A stretch of 64,000 nt of DNA. Source: Octopus sinensis (Eukaryota). The notes below the pieces were generated by a model. It was not told the DNA's origin, searched no databases, and saw nothing but the letters and a program-made list of their open reading frames with translations. Shown here piece after piece: positions 37,888 to 50,140 of this stretch; position 1 is the stretch's first letter, and each line of letters starts with the position of its first letter. The translations under genes and the position numbers were made by a program. Location of the stretch: contig NC_043009.1 of assembly GCF_006345805.1 (NCBI RefSeq), positions 27,838,001-27,902,000 on the forward strand, written 5' to 3'.

Positions 37888-39230
37888 AGGTAAATTACAA
37901 GATGACCAGGAGAGAGAGTAAAAATACAACAGGAAGATGAAGAGAAAGGATAAGAGGATAAGGGTGAAGTGAGAGAGAGAGAGAGAGAGAGATGTAAATA
38001 ATGAAAAGGGGTACGACAAAGAGAAAGACTATTATAGACACAAGAGAACGAATAAAAGAAGGGTGGCGGGGGAGTAGAAGTAAGTTGGTGGGGGTGGGGA
38101 ATGTCAAAGAATAAGAGTGGCAAAATGAGTAAAAGAGTTAAGTATTATGTCTGTCGTTTCTTGGGAAATGATTGGAATGGGAGGGGAGGGGAGAGGATGG
38201 GGAGAGGGGTGGGACAGGAGAGGAGATGTGGTGAGAGACAAGAGTGAGAGAGATTCTGAAGATAAAGGAGAGACAGGGATAGAGAAGACAAGGAAGAGAG
38301 GGAAAGAGAGAAGAGAGAGAGAGAGAAAGGGGAGGTAGATGATGAAGTAGAAGATAGCCTGTAGATGTGAAGGGGAAAAAAGGGTTAAACTAATAATAAT
38401 AGGGAAGGAATTGATAAGAAAGAATTATATTATCAGGAAAAGATAAAAAAAAAATATTTGAAGTAAATAAAATAAATTAAATATAGATAAAAACGAAAAC
38501 ATTTGCGAATAAAATTTATATATATATATATATATGTGTGTTTGTGTGTGTATTTGTGTGTATGTGTGTGTTTGTGTTTGCGTTTGTTCCCCACTACTGC
38601 TTAACAATGGGGTTGGGGTATCTATGTCTCTGTAACTTAGTGGTTCAGCAAAAGAGACTGACAGAATGAATACCAGGCTTTAAAAAAACAGTATTGGGGT
38701 TGTATCGTTCTATTAAAATTCTTTAAAGTGATGCCCCAGTATGGCCACAATCTAATGATGGAAACAATCAAAAGAAATAAAAGAGAAAGAGGAAGACAGA
38801 GAGAGAGAGAGAAAGAGAGAGAAAGGAAAGGAGGGAAGAAAGAAAGGAAAGAATGAAGGAGAGGAAGAATAGAGAGAGCTGGAAGAGGGGAAGAAGAGGA
38901 GTAGGAGCAAGGGGAGAAGTAGGAAGAAGGGAATGTGGTGGGGGAGAGAAATGCAGAACTGAAGGGAAAGTCTTGAGATGTGTGTGTGTGTGTGTGTGTG
39001 TATGAAGAAGAAATGGTGAAAAAAAAGATGCTTTTAATTAATGGTAAAGATGGGAAGAAAGTAATTGGGAAGAAATGGGTAAGAATTAACCAGAAAGAGT
39101 TGAAGACTTTCTAGAATGAGAGAGATTGATGATGAAGACAAGGAAGGAGAAATAGAGAGAGAGGGAGAGAGAAATGAAGGAGGTAACAAAGAACTGTTTC
39201 CCTGTCCAAAGAGAGTTTATTCCAGGTTAT
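37290..39230 (+). repeat. ~2-kb purine-rich (GA/GAA/GGAA/GATA) low-complexity tract with a family A 3' half inside (~38500-38785)
   Basis: Direct reading. Confidence 0.9.
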
Positions 39231-39404
39231 AGGTCGCCTGAGATGATGGTCTGGAGGGTGGGGTGATGGTAGGATGAGGGTACTTCCTGCCTCCCTTCCA
39301 ACAGTCTTGAAGGTTCTGAAATGAGTTCATAGCATTGCCTTTTCTCCTCTGTCTAAATTAGGTTAAAATCCTCCACCACCACCACCACCATAATAATAAT
39401 GATG

Positions 39405-39461
<57 letters not shown>

Positions 39462-39463
<2 letters not shown>

Positions 39464-39645
39464 CATCGTTTAGCATCCGCTTTCCATGCTGGCATAGGTT
39501 GGATGGTTCAACTGGGGTCTGGGAAGCCAGAAGGCTGCACCAGGCCCAGTCTGATCTGGCAATGTTTCTACTGCTGGAAGCCCTTCCTAATGGGTGCTTT
39601 TTACATGCCACCGGCACAGGTGCCAGACGAGGCTGGCAAACGGCT

Positions 39646-39676
<31 letters not shown>

Positions 39677-39895
39677 TAGTCTCAGATTTTGACGAAGGCC
39701 AGCAGTTTCTTAGGATAGAGGGCAGTCAATTACATCGACCCCAGTGCATAACTGGTACTTATTTTATTGACCTGGAAAAGATGAAAGGCAGCATCAAACT
39801 TGGTGGAGTTTGAACTCAAAACATAAAGAGCTGAAAGAAATGTTGCTAAGCATTTTGTCCGATGTTCAAACTACTCTGCCAATTAGCCATCTCAA
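39462..39895 (-). mobile_element. Family D copy (39462-39645) and family B copy (39675-39895) separated by (TAA)n
   Basis: Family motifs in reverse orientation. Confidence 0.85.
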
Positions 39896-40217
39896 TAATG
39901 ACCTCTCCAATGTACAACATGATGAATAAAACTTATTGATCATGTTTGCTGGATAGGTCATCATTAAGCTTTAACCTTGCCTGTTTATACCTGTTTTAAA
40001 TTATTCTACCCGAAGTTGGTGGATTTATGCTATGATGTAATCTATGAATGTATCAATAAAATGCTACTGAAACAGCTGTAGTAAATTTTAAACTCCATTT
40101 GTATCTTTCTTTTTATGTGTGTGTATGTGTGTGTGCATGTGTGTGTGTGTATATATGTATATAAATGTATCTGTATATATGCGTACATAATATATATAAG
40201 TACATATTATATGTATT

Positions 40218-40266
<49 letters not shown>

Positions 40267-40655
40267 GTATACATTCATACATATATATGTACATATATAC
40301 TTATATATATATATGCAGCTTTTAAAAAGTCCAATAGTTGTATAATGATGTTATTTGTTTGAATGGAGATAGAAATATTAACACTCGTTGTGTTAATATT
40401 ATGAAAATAATTATTACAAACATAACGACATTGTATTAATGAAGGTAAAGTCAATAATTCTTCTAGTCATGACAGAAACTTATGCGAAAACATTTTTATA
40501 AATAGAAACAATAATTTGCCATCATTAATTGCAGAATCATTAGAAATTCTGACAATCAGTTCGATAATACACACATGCACACAAAGATACAATTTTTACT
40601 TGCTTTTAAATAGTTTGTTCTGGAGAAAGAGGATATGGCACTGGTCTGTGTTGAC

Positions 40656-40906
40656 CGGTGGTTCCCAAACATTTTCAGGCTGCCGGCTCCTTGGTCCCCA
40701 GGCCACATTCCTAGTGCCCTCTCACCACTAACCACCACAAACATAGATCACTTTCTGAAGCAAATTCAAAACAGCAGCGCTTCACCAATAAATTTTATTC
40801 CTGTTTTTTTTTTCTTTTACAACACCACTCCCTCCTCTATCTCTCCCCTTTTCTTCAATGCTCTGCAGAACCTTTCCAAAGCACCCCTCCACTTTGGGAA
40901 CCACTA
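40656..40906. mobile_element. hAT (Charlie-like) MITE, 251 bp
   Basis: Ends cggtggttcccaaac / tttgggaaccacta match the CAGTGGTTCCCAAA TIR type; right flank ttctagat fits the nTCTAGAn hAT-Charlie target preference, left flank is decayed. Confidence 0.75.
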
Positions 40907-41280
40907 TTCTAGATCCTTCCTTGTTGAGATTGGTGTGAGCAATGTGTTGATATTTTTATTGGACTTGTACAAATCAACTTCCACAAGAAGCATGAGAAAG
41001 AAACCCAATGAATATGGATAGTGAAGAAATCCCAGAGGGACAATTGTATGGAGAAGAAATATTATAAAAATATATTACAGAAAACCTAGATATAATATGG
41101 ATGATGCAATGAAAAGAAATGAGGGGACTAATTTAACCTGAATGACAATGGCACAAAAAAAATACAAAACAAAATGAAGGAACCCAACTAGATTCAAAAG
41201 TGGAATGATTGGGCTTATGGTAGAACTGTTAAAGTAAAGGGACACATGCATATACATCTGCCCCCACCACACACATAGAC

Positions 41281-41490
41281 TCTTTTATGCTTTGTTTACT
41301 TCAGCCATTCAGTTGCGGCCACGCTGGGGAGAACCACCTTAAAGGATTTAGTCGAACAAATTGACCCTAGGACTTATTTCTAAGTCTGGTACTTATACTG
41401 TTTGTCACTTTTTCCAAATTGCTGAGTTATGGGGATGTAAACAAACCAACACCAGTTGTCAAGTAGTGATGGGGGGACAAGCAGACACAT
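41281..41490 (-). mobile_element. SINE family A 3' half
   Basis: Reverse family A tail motifs. Confidence 0.8.
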
Positions 41491-41519
41491 GCACATACCC
41501 ACACACACACACACATATA

Positions 41520-41900
41520 TACATCATCATCATCATCGCCATCATTGCTGTCATCGTCATTGTCATCATTATCATCGTTGTCGTCATTGTTGTTGTCGTC
41601 ATCATCATTGTTGTCATCATCGTTATCATTATCATCATCATCATCATTGTCATCATCATCGTCATCATCAACATTGTCATTGTCATTGCTGTCATCATCA
41701 TCGTTGTTGTCGTCGTCGTCGTAGTTGTTGTTGTCATCATCATCATTATCATCATCATTTAATGTCCATGTCCCATACTGGAATAGGTTGGATGGTTTGA
41801 CAGATCTGATGGGCCCCAAGTACTGCACTATGCTCTATTGTCTGTTTTGGCATCATTTTTATAGCTAGATGCCCTTTCTAATGCCAACCACTTTAAAGTA
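41520..41900. repeat. (CAT/CGT/TGT)n tract continuing into a reverse family D end
   Basis: Direct reading; the tract is the expanded (GAT)n tail of the element. Confidence 0.85.
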
Positions 41901-42213
41901 TGTAAAGCATGCTTTTTTTCATGCCAGTTTATAAGCAATGGGCTTCACCATATTTTCTTTCAACCAAATGAACTGAGAATGCATCAGCTGGTCCTGGCCC
42001 CTAGTATAAGTTGCTTGCTAAAGTTGTCAGGCAGTGGGGCCGAACTCATAAACCACAAGGTTATGAAGCAAAGCTCATAAGAAATAGCCATGGCTGCACT
42101 GACTGTGTCTGCAGACACACATACATATACTCTCAGAAGCATATATAAATATATATATGTATTCATATACTTCTATATACACACACATGCACGCACACAC
42201 ACACATACATAAG

Positions 42214-42278
<65 letters not shown>

Positions 42279-43684
42279 ATATATATATACATACATATAT
42301 ATATGTATGCATTTACGTATGTATATATATGTTTGTATGTATATATATATATAAAATCATATAGATGTAATTACATATATAGTTATACATAATTTTATAT
42401 ATACATAATTGTATTTGTGTATAGGTATATATATATATGTATATACACACACACTGCCACCACCCCACACATATATGTATCTAGGTATATATGTAATTAT
42501 ATATACATCCTATACACAGTCTAACAATTACAGAAAAGACATTTTTTTTTGGCCATCATTATCATCATCATTGTAATTCTTTTAAGTGGTATAGGGACAA
42601 ATATTGCGATGCCTCTAGCAATATTTATCAATCTATTAACGATGGATGTCTTACTCTTTATAGGAAAGCCAAAAACAGATATACACATATGCGCTTACAT
42701 ATACATACACACATTCATACATACATATACACACACACCCATATATATATATATATAATATATATATATATATATGCACAAATATATATTTATTTCAGAA
42801 ATAACTCATTTAAGAAAATCAGTGTGATGAGAGAGTAACAGCTATGTGGTACATAGTTAATAAATAGTTGCAGTATTTGCCGGCTAAAAAGTTAGTAACT
42901 GATTGGTGGTGGTCGTGGAAAGGATGTGAGTGGGGGACAAGCTGGCGTGGTGTTGAGCAAGAATACAGGATTGAGTTGCTTGATTCTTGGTAAATATTTA
43001 CACTCACATTTCTGATTTATGTTCAAAATAGCAGAACTAATGTAAAAGAGGTGTGTTAAAAGATTAGTTTTTCTTGAAAACTTATTATTAATAGTATTAC
43101 GACTATTATTATTATTATTATTATTATCATCATCATTAATATTATTGTTGTTGTTGTTGTTTTGTTAAATGCCATAAAATATAATATTAACTCTAGGATT
43201 CATATTAGTTCCAGAGTATGAATAAATAAATAATGTTTCCTCTCCACCTCCATTTGATAGGCCATAGGCTGCTACACACAGCCACACTGACAGCAGAGCC
43301 ATACAGACAGACATATGCATTATTTTTAGTTCTATACAAACTAAATCTACTGAACATCATCAGTAGACAGTGAACTACATCTTCCTAGAGTCCACCTGGT
43401 GGAGATAGTTAACACAAGAAAGGAAAGGTAACACAGGTGTGTAGGTAATATAGGTAACGTAGGTGGGAAGATATCATAGGTGAGGATGGGGTAACCCAGA
43501 AAGAGATGAGTAACACAGGTAGAGACAGGTAACACTGATTGAGACACTGAGTGATACAGGTAAAACAGGTAAAGGTGGGTAGTGCAGGAGAAGATGGGTA
43601 ACAGAGATGGAGAAAGGTAAAGCAGGTGGAGATGAATAGCACAGATGATGGGTGCTATCATCCGTTGTTATCAGTTTGTCTTTG

Positions 43685-44365
43685 AGGCAGCAAGCTGGCA
43701 GAATGGTTAGCATGCTGGACCAAATGACCACTGGTATTTTGTCTGTCTTTATGATCAGAGTTCAAATCCTGCTGAGCTCAGCTTTTCATCTTTTTGAGGT
43801 TGATAAAATAAGTACAGTTGACTTAACATCAACTCCAGAAATTATTGGCTTTGTGCCAAAATTTGAAGCCATTATTATCAGTTTATCTCAGTGGTGAGCT
43901 GGCAGAATCGTTAGCACATTGAGAAAAATGCTTACCAACATTTTGACTGTCTTTACAATCTGAGTTCAAATTCTGCTTAGATCAACTTTGTCTTTCATCT
44001 TTCCGAGGTCCGTAAAGGAGTATTGTTTGAATGCTGGGGTCAATGCAATCAATTTACTCCCACCTGAAAAATTGCTGACCTTGTGATAAAATTTGAAATC
44101 CTTATTATTATTATTATGTCTGTAAGCTGGTAGAATCGTCAGAATGTTGGAAGAAATGCTTAGCGGTATTTAACCAAGCGCTATTTTCTGAGTTCAAATT
44201 CCACCAAGGTTTTGACTTTGCCTTTCATCCTTTTGGGGTCGATGAATTAAATACCAGTGAAACACTGGGGTCGATGAATTAAATAGCAGTGAAACACTAG
44301 GGTCGATGTAATCGTCTAGTCCCCCCAAAAAAATTTCAGGCCTTTTGCCTATAGTAGAAAGGATT
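43685..44365 (+). mobile_element. Three head-to-tail SINE family B copies ending in (ATT)n
   Basis: Heads at ~43685, 43890 and 44120; the third has an internal duplication of gggtcgatgaattaaata.cagtgaaacact. Confidence 0.9.
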
Positions 44366-44369
44366 ATTA

Positions 44370-44412
<43 letters not shown>

Positions 44413-44914
44413 CATTAGTTTGTTCATCATTACCAAGGACATCAGTCTGATGCATGCTCAGAAGGATGTGCTGTAGATCAGGCATTGGTGGTCTTCTGGG
44501 ACTTGAAGGCAAGGAGCAGGGGTATGTTACACAGGTAGGGGATAAATGTTAGAGGTACAGATTGGCAATGCCGGGAGAGATGAGTAACAGCAAGAGAAGA
44601 GTAAAACAAATGGAGATTTTTAACACAGGAGAGGATGGTTAACATGTGGAGATGAGTAACGCGGTTACTCATCTCATTTGTTAATGTCACAGCAGCTCAC
44701 ATTTTGTAGGGATTAATTAAAGCCTGAAATATTACTGGTACTTAATGCTTTTTGTTATATATAAAAAGTTGGAAAAATGGGAATTTTATTCTGAAATATT
44801 TGGAATTAGAATTGTGCACGGTTGGGTAACTTTGGTGAGCTTACAGTTGAAGGATTATCTGATCATGAATTAACGATAGAAGCTTCACTGGGACTCACAA
44901 AACAATACACTACC

Positions 44915-45150
44915 TTAACCCTTTAATAACGATTATGTTACTCTGCCAAATGTAATGCTTATTCATTCTCAGTGTTTTGAATTAATCATGCATTATCTTA
45001 GATGTTTGAGATTTCGACGATGTGATTGATAGCTTACTTTTAGAATAACATTGTAAGGTAAGTGTGAGAGGTGGATCTGGTCAGCTTGAACATGAACCAG
45101 ATGAGCAAGATTTGGGTTAGGTTTGGCTATTTTAAATGCTAAAGGGTTAA
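44915..45150. mobile_element. piggyBac-like MITE 1 (228 bp, 44919-45146) with TTAA on both sides
   Basis: TTAA-CCCTTTA...TAAAGGG-TTAA; TTAA target and CCC-starting TIRs are piggyBac hallmarks. Confidence 0.8.
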
Positions 45151-45206
45151 CCCTTTTAATACCAACCTGGCCGAAACCGCCTCTGGCTCTGTTGTACAAA
45201 TGTCTT

Positions 45207-45476
45207 CATTATTTACGTCATTTACATTATTTACATTTGATGGATATTTGTCCTCAACGTTTCGGTTGATATACCCTCCAGCCTTCATCAGGTGTCTTGG
45301 GGAAATTTCAAACCTGAGTTCTCATTCCTAAGGTATTTTTTGATGTTGTTACTATTATTATTATTATTATTATTATGGTCACTGCTTGGAATCGAACTCG
45401 GAATCTTGGGGTTAGTAGCCCGTGCTCTTAACCACTATGCCATATGCTCATGGGCCTAATTCACTTAAATATAGAA
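45207..45476 (-). mobile_element. tRNA-headed retroposon with (TAA)n middle and Penelope-like tail
   Basis: A-box tggcatagtgg, B-box gagttcgattcc, (TAA)n, CTGATGA...GAAACGTT core, tail of three 9-mer (tgtaaataa-like) repeats; flanked by direct repeat ctgt(tg/at)tacaaatgtctt at 45189-45206 and 45477-45494 (16/18, last 12 perfect). Confidence 0.8.
45250..45296 (-). ncRNA. Candidate minimal hammerhead ribozyme core (probably inactivated copy)
   Basis: GACAC-CTGATGA-A-GGCTG-gagggtatat-CAACC-GAAA-CG-TT. Core and stem II (4/5 pairs) present; 3' strand of stem I not complementary. Confidence 0.45.
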
Positions 45477-45958
45477 CTGTATTACAAATGTCTTGTTTTC
45501 ATAAGTTTAGAATTAAAATCTTCCGCCAAACCTTAGTCACAATTTATGTTCCTAACACTAGCTTAATGATAACTAAGTTATTTTACTAAATTCTTTGCTA
45601 TATCTAAAATTACTTGAAAGAAACACAGAGCATCTCAAAATAAATGCAGTAATGAAAGGGTTAAATTAAACTGTTCTGATGTCATTCATTTTATAATGGT
45701 TTTTAATGCAGAATATTTTCACCATAATTCTAATCAAATGAACTGCTTAAGTATTTTAATTATTTTTGAAAATAATTCAAAATTTGAAGGATTTTATAAA
45801 AAAAAGTTTTCATTAATTTGTTTATTAAGTTGGTATTTGCCAGGTAAATCATATTCCAAACGCCAGCTATAACTATAGACTAGCTACATCATAATTTATT
45901 AACCTGCCAGATGAAATGCTCTGCTAACAACTACGAGCAAGTCTCAGTCCATTTTCAG

Positions 45959-46124
45959 ACATGAAAAACAAGCTGAAAAACTACTGAGTCAGAACCTCTA
46001 TTTACAAAAACTTGAGGCAACTCACTTTTTCCCACCTAATATCATTGATCAATACTCTGACATCATCCTTGGATTAATTGAAAACAACAACAACAAAAAT
46101 CAAGCAATAAAAACTCCAAACCAG
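45959..46124 (+). CDS. Candidate internal exon, unknown product
   Basis: ccattttcag acceptor, HEKQAEKLLSQNLYLQKLEATHFFPPNIIDQYSDIILGLIENNNNKNQAIKTPNQ, donor CAG|GTACAT; lies in a ~100-codon stop-free frame. Confidence 0.15.
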
Positions 46125-46498
46125 GTACATAATCCTGTTTATATATTATCTTCCTCCTGCTTCCGTTTCATAATTAATGAACTTGTTAAAGTCATTCTGT
46201 TCTCTAATGAATTCTTCCTATAATATATTTTTTTAAATATAACCCAAGAATTGCATATATTCCAATCATTGCAATAATGCTAAACTGTTAGTTAATAATA
46301 AACTGCTCATCAATTAATAAACTGTTTATTAATAATATACTGAAGTATATTATACCGATCAGTGTATAGAACGAAATCCATTCTTTAGCTTTTGATAGAA
46401 AATCAGGAAAAAGAAACCCCCTTTGATCAATCTACTCCTAGTTGCACCTGTGAACCAAATCAATACAAAATTACTCAATAATCCCAGCTATTGTCTTT

Positions 46499-46892
46499 TG
46501 TCTTTTATTTGTTACTTGTTTCAGTCAGCTGACTGTGACCATGCTGGAGCAGCACCTTGAAGAATTTTTGGGTGAATCTATCGAGTCCTCTACATGTTTT
46601 GTTTGATTTTTTAAGCCTGGTAGTTACTCTATCAGTTTCTTTTACTGTGCTGCTAAGTTACAGAGATGTAAATACACTAATACTGGTTGTCAAGGGGTGC
46701 AATGGGGGACAAACACAGACACAAAGACAATCACACACACATACAGATTTCTTTCAGTTTCCATTTACCATTATCTCCTTATAAGGCCTTGGTTGGCTTG
46801 AGGCTATAGTAGAAAACACTTCCCCAAGGTGTCACATAGTGGGACTGAACTTAGAACTATATAGTTTGGAAGCAAATTTCTTACCAGACACC
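46499..46892 (-). mobile_element. SINE family A, full length
   Basis: Reverse family A head, body and tail. Confidence 0.85.
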
Positions 46893-47609
46893 CACATCTG
46901 TACCTATACCTGGGTATAATTACACTATTTTGTATTTGATTTTAGCAGAAACAACTGGGGTGCGACATATACATGGGGGTGAAGCTAAAACAGTAAAAGG
47001 AAAAAAAAACTGCACCAAAATTTAACACTAAATCAGAGAAGTGACTGTAACACAAATGTGACTTATACCTGAATAAATAAAGCAGTGGATGCGTAATCAC
47101 AGGGATGTGAGTTCGAATCTCATGGATGGTTGCCAACACAATTTTCTGCAAAATATGGGTAGTTTATCCTGTTCATGCTATATTATTAGCATTATCCTGC
47201 ATTTGAGAATAAAATTATTTCCTTATTTATGAATAAATAGTTTTTATATTACATCTAAGTGAAGTTTTTTTAACAATATCATTTTTATTCAGTTCTGCCT
47301 TAAAATACACCACATATCTGACTTAAACCAAACTTTGCCAAAAGGGTTTATAAAAGTGCTGTGTTTTAGTTTCAAATTCATATTTTTACTTATGCTAGTA
47401 TAATGAGCTACAGGTGTTCCCATAGCAACAGTAACTATTAACTTTTTTTTTCATGTATCCTACACTCAGTTGATATGACTGTACCAACATCAACCACTCC
47501 CACTGCAGTAGTCATCATGGCTCCAGCCTCAGACATTGTGTGAAGGGACGAAACACATGTACAAACACACACACATACACACACACACGCTTGCTATTAA
47601 TAGCACTTT

Positions 47610-48010
47610 AAAGGCAGTGAGTTGGTAGAATCATTAAAGTGTTGCATTTGTTACAGTTCTTTATGTTCTGAGTTCAAATCTTACTAAGGTCGACTTTGCC
47701 TTTCATTCCACCGAAATTGTTAAAATAAAATAAGGTACTTGTAAAGTACCGAGGTCGATGGTATTGATTATTCCAGTCCTCCCCTTCTGCCTCAAATAGA
47801 AACAGTTATTAATGGCATTTTAAGGATTTATTTCTTACTTAGGCAAAGTAGACACAATACAGTTAAATGGTTAAGAAATTTGCTTTGCAACTATGAAAAT
47901 CTGGGTTCAATTCCATTGCCTGACATTTTAGGCAAATGTAATTTTCTTTACCCTCAGGTTGACCCTTACCGTATGAGAGAAACTGGATTGAAGGAAACTG
48001 TACAGAAGCT
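47610..48010 (+). mobile_element. Degraded family B copy followed by a family A head
   Basis: ggcagtgagttggtagaatc...gtcgactttgcctttcattcc; then ggttaagaaattgctttgcaac...gggttcaattcc. Confidence 0.7.
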
Positions 48011-48463
48011 CATCAAATGGATTGTACCAGTAATTTACAAGGTATGGTCTTACCACATGCTTTGTCACACTGATTTCACCTGAAGATTATATTAAGGGTA
48101 CTCACAAGTGTCTGTAGAATACTTAGCCATTTAAACATTAATTCAGGGGCTGGTAATTCAGTAGATCAAACAATTGAATCCTTATTGTCAAACAACAATG
48201 GAAATTCACAGAATTTCCTCTGCAAACATTAAAACTCACTGTCTACAGAGTGAATTTTATCAATCTGGGAGGAACTACAAAAATTGGAGTTACTCTGAGT
48301 AAGTAGAAAGTTAATCAAAAATGAGAGGGAATAAAATACTATATTAAACGAAAACTTTAGAATAAGGATTTATGTCCAAATTTTCCTGAAGAATTATAAA
48401 AATGTAATAATGGACAAATAACTACATATACATTATATATGCATATACACACACACACATATA

Positions 48464-48509
<46 letters not shown>

Positions 48510-48546
48510 CACACACACACGTATGTATATATCTATACATTCATAC

Positions 48547-48591
<45 letters not shown>

Positions 48592-48710
48592 TGTATATAT
48601 ATATTCATACATATGTGTGTATATATATATTTAAATATATACGTATGTATATATATGTGTGTGTGTATATATGTATATATATATACATATATATAGAGAG
48701 AGAGAGATGA

Positions 48711-48763
<53 letters not shown>

Positions 48764-49299
48764 GAAAGAGAGAGAGAGAGCAAAGGCTTCTTATTTATAA
48801 ATAGTCGAGATATTTGGACCACAAATTCTAATTATAGAATAAATTCTTTTATAGCTAAAAGGGGATTTTTTTTCAAAACGAAACATCAAATTCAAAAAGA
48901 CCAGATATTTTATAGGGGCAAAAATACCACAAAATTTTCTTGTTAAAATCAAAAAGATTTTTTCTGGAAAAATTAATATAAAATATATTAAATAAAAGTA
49001 AATAACAAATAAAAATTGTAGAGATCAAAGGCTACAAGTGTAATATGTTTATGGAATAAGATGATTTGATATCAGTTATAGATGTCCCTCTAACACCACC
49101 AGCAACCCAAAGAAACCCCATAAATATTTCTTCTGTGTTTTGATTTTCGAGTAAACTTCTCCTCCACCCATTTTATTCATTTACTGGAAATGAACTTTTA
49201 ACTCTTTGACTTTTGCTGACAGATCAAACCTTTAGTTACTCAGCTATTACACAACTTGCAACTCATCAGAAAGTTAAAGAGACAAGAAATATACCAATA

Positions 49300-49468
49300 A
49301 TATGTGTATGCATATATATATATAACATTTCTATATTATATATATACATATATATCATCATCATCATATATATTACATTCATATATTATATATATATATA
49401 TACAATATATATATATATTATTTGTATATTATATATATATATACATACATAGAGAGAAAGAGAGTGGG

Positions 49469-49506
<38 letters not shown>

Positions 49507-50107
49507 TAATAATAATAATAATAAAAAGAAGAAGAAGAAGGAGGTCGAGGAGAAGGAGGAAGAGAAGCAAAAGAAGAAGAAGAAGAAGACAAAGAAAATT
49601 ATTAAAATCAATGACATATTTTGAAAAATACAAAAAAAAATTATATAAATAAAGAGAAAAAAAATATCGTCTTTGAGTAAATGTTTTGGTTGTTGGTTTC
49701 TTGGAAGTTTCCCCATTTCTGCTAAGCTAAATCAATCATAAAATTCAAATACTGAAGATTTTTCTGTAACATTGATATTCTGAAACAAAGCATGGTAAGT
49801 ACTGTGTAGATTTAGAAGACATTTATGGAGAAACGGTTTACAACAACAGTAAAAAGAAACAATAACAACAACTGTTGTAGTGTTTGAGAAAAATTGCACA
49901 AAGAAAATTATGCAATATAGAAGTCTCTCTGAATGTGTATACTCTTTTTTCTGTGTGAGTTCCTGTGTATGTATAAATAATATATTATATATATATACAT
50001 ATATATATATACATATATATAATATATATATATGTATATATACACACACATATATATATACACACACATATATTATATATATATATATACATATATATAT
50101 ACAATAC

Positions 50108-50140
<33 letters not shown>

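Larger units (their letters stand above)
45147..45664. mobile_element. piggyBac-like MITE 2 (45151-45660), interrupted by a retroposon
   Basis: TTAA-CCCTTT...AAAGGG-TTAA; shares its left TTAA with MITE 1. Confidence 0.8.

Noticed and set aside
46314-46332. Short palindrome ttaataaac-t-gtttattaa
   Set aside because: Short and almost all A/T; expected by chance.
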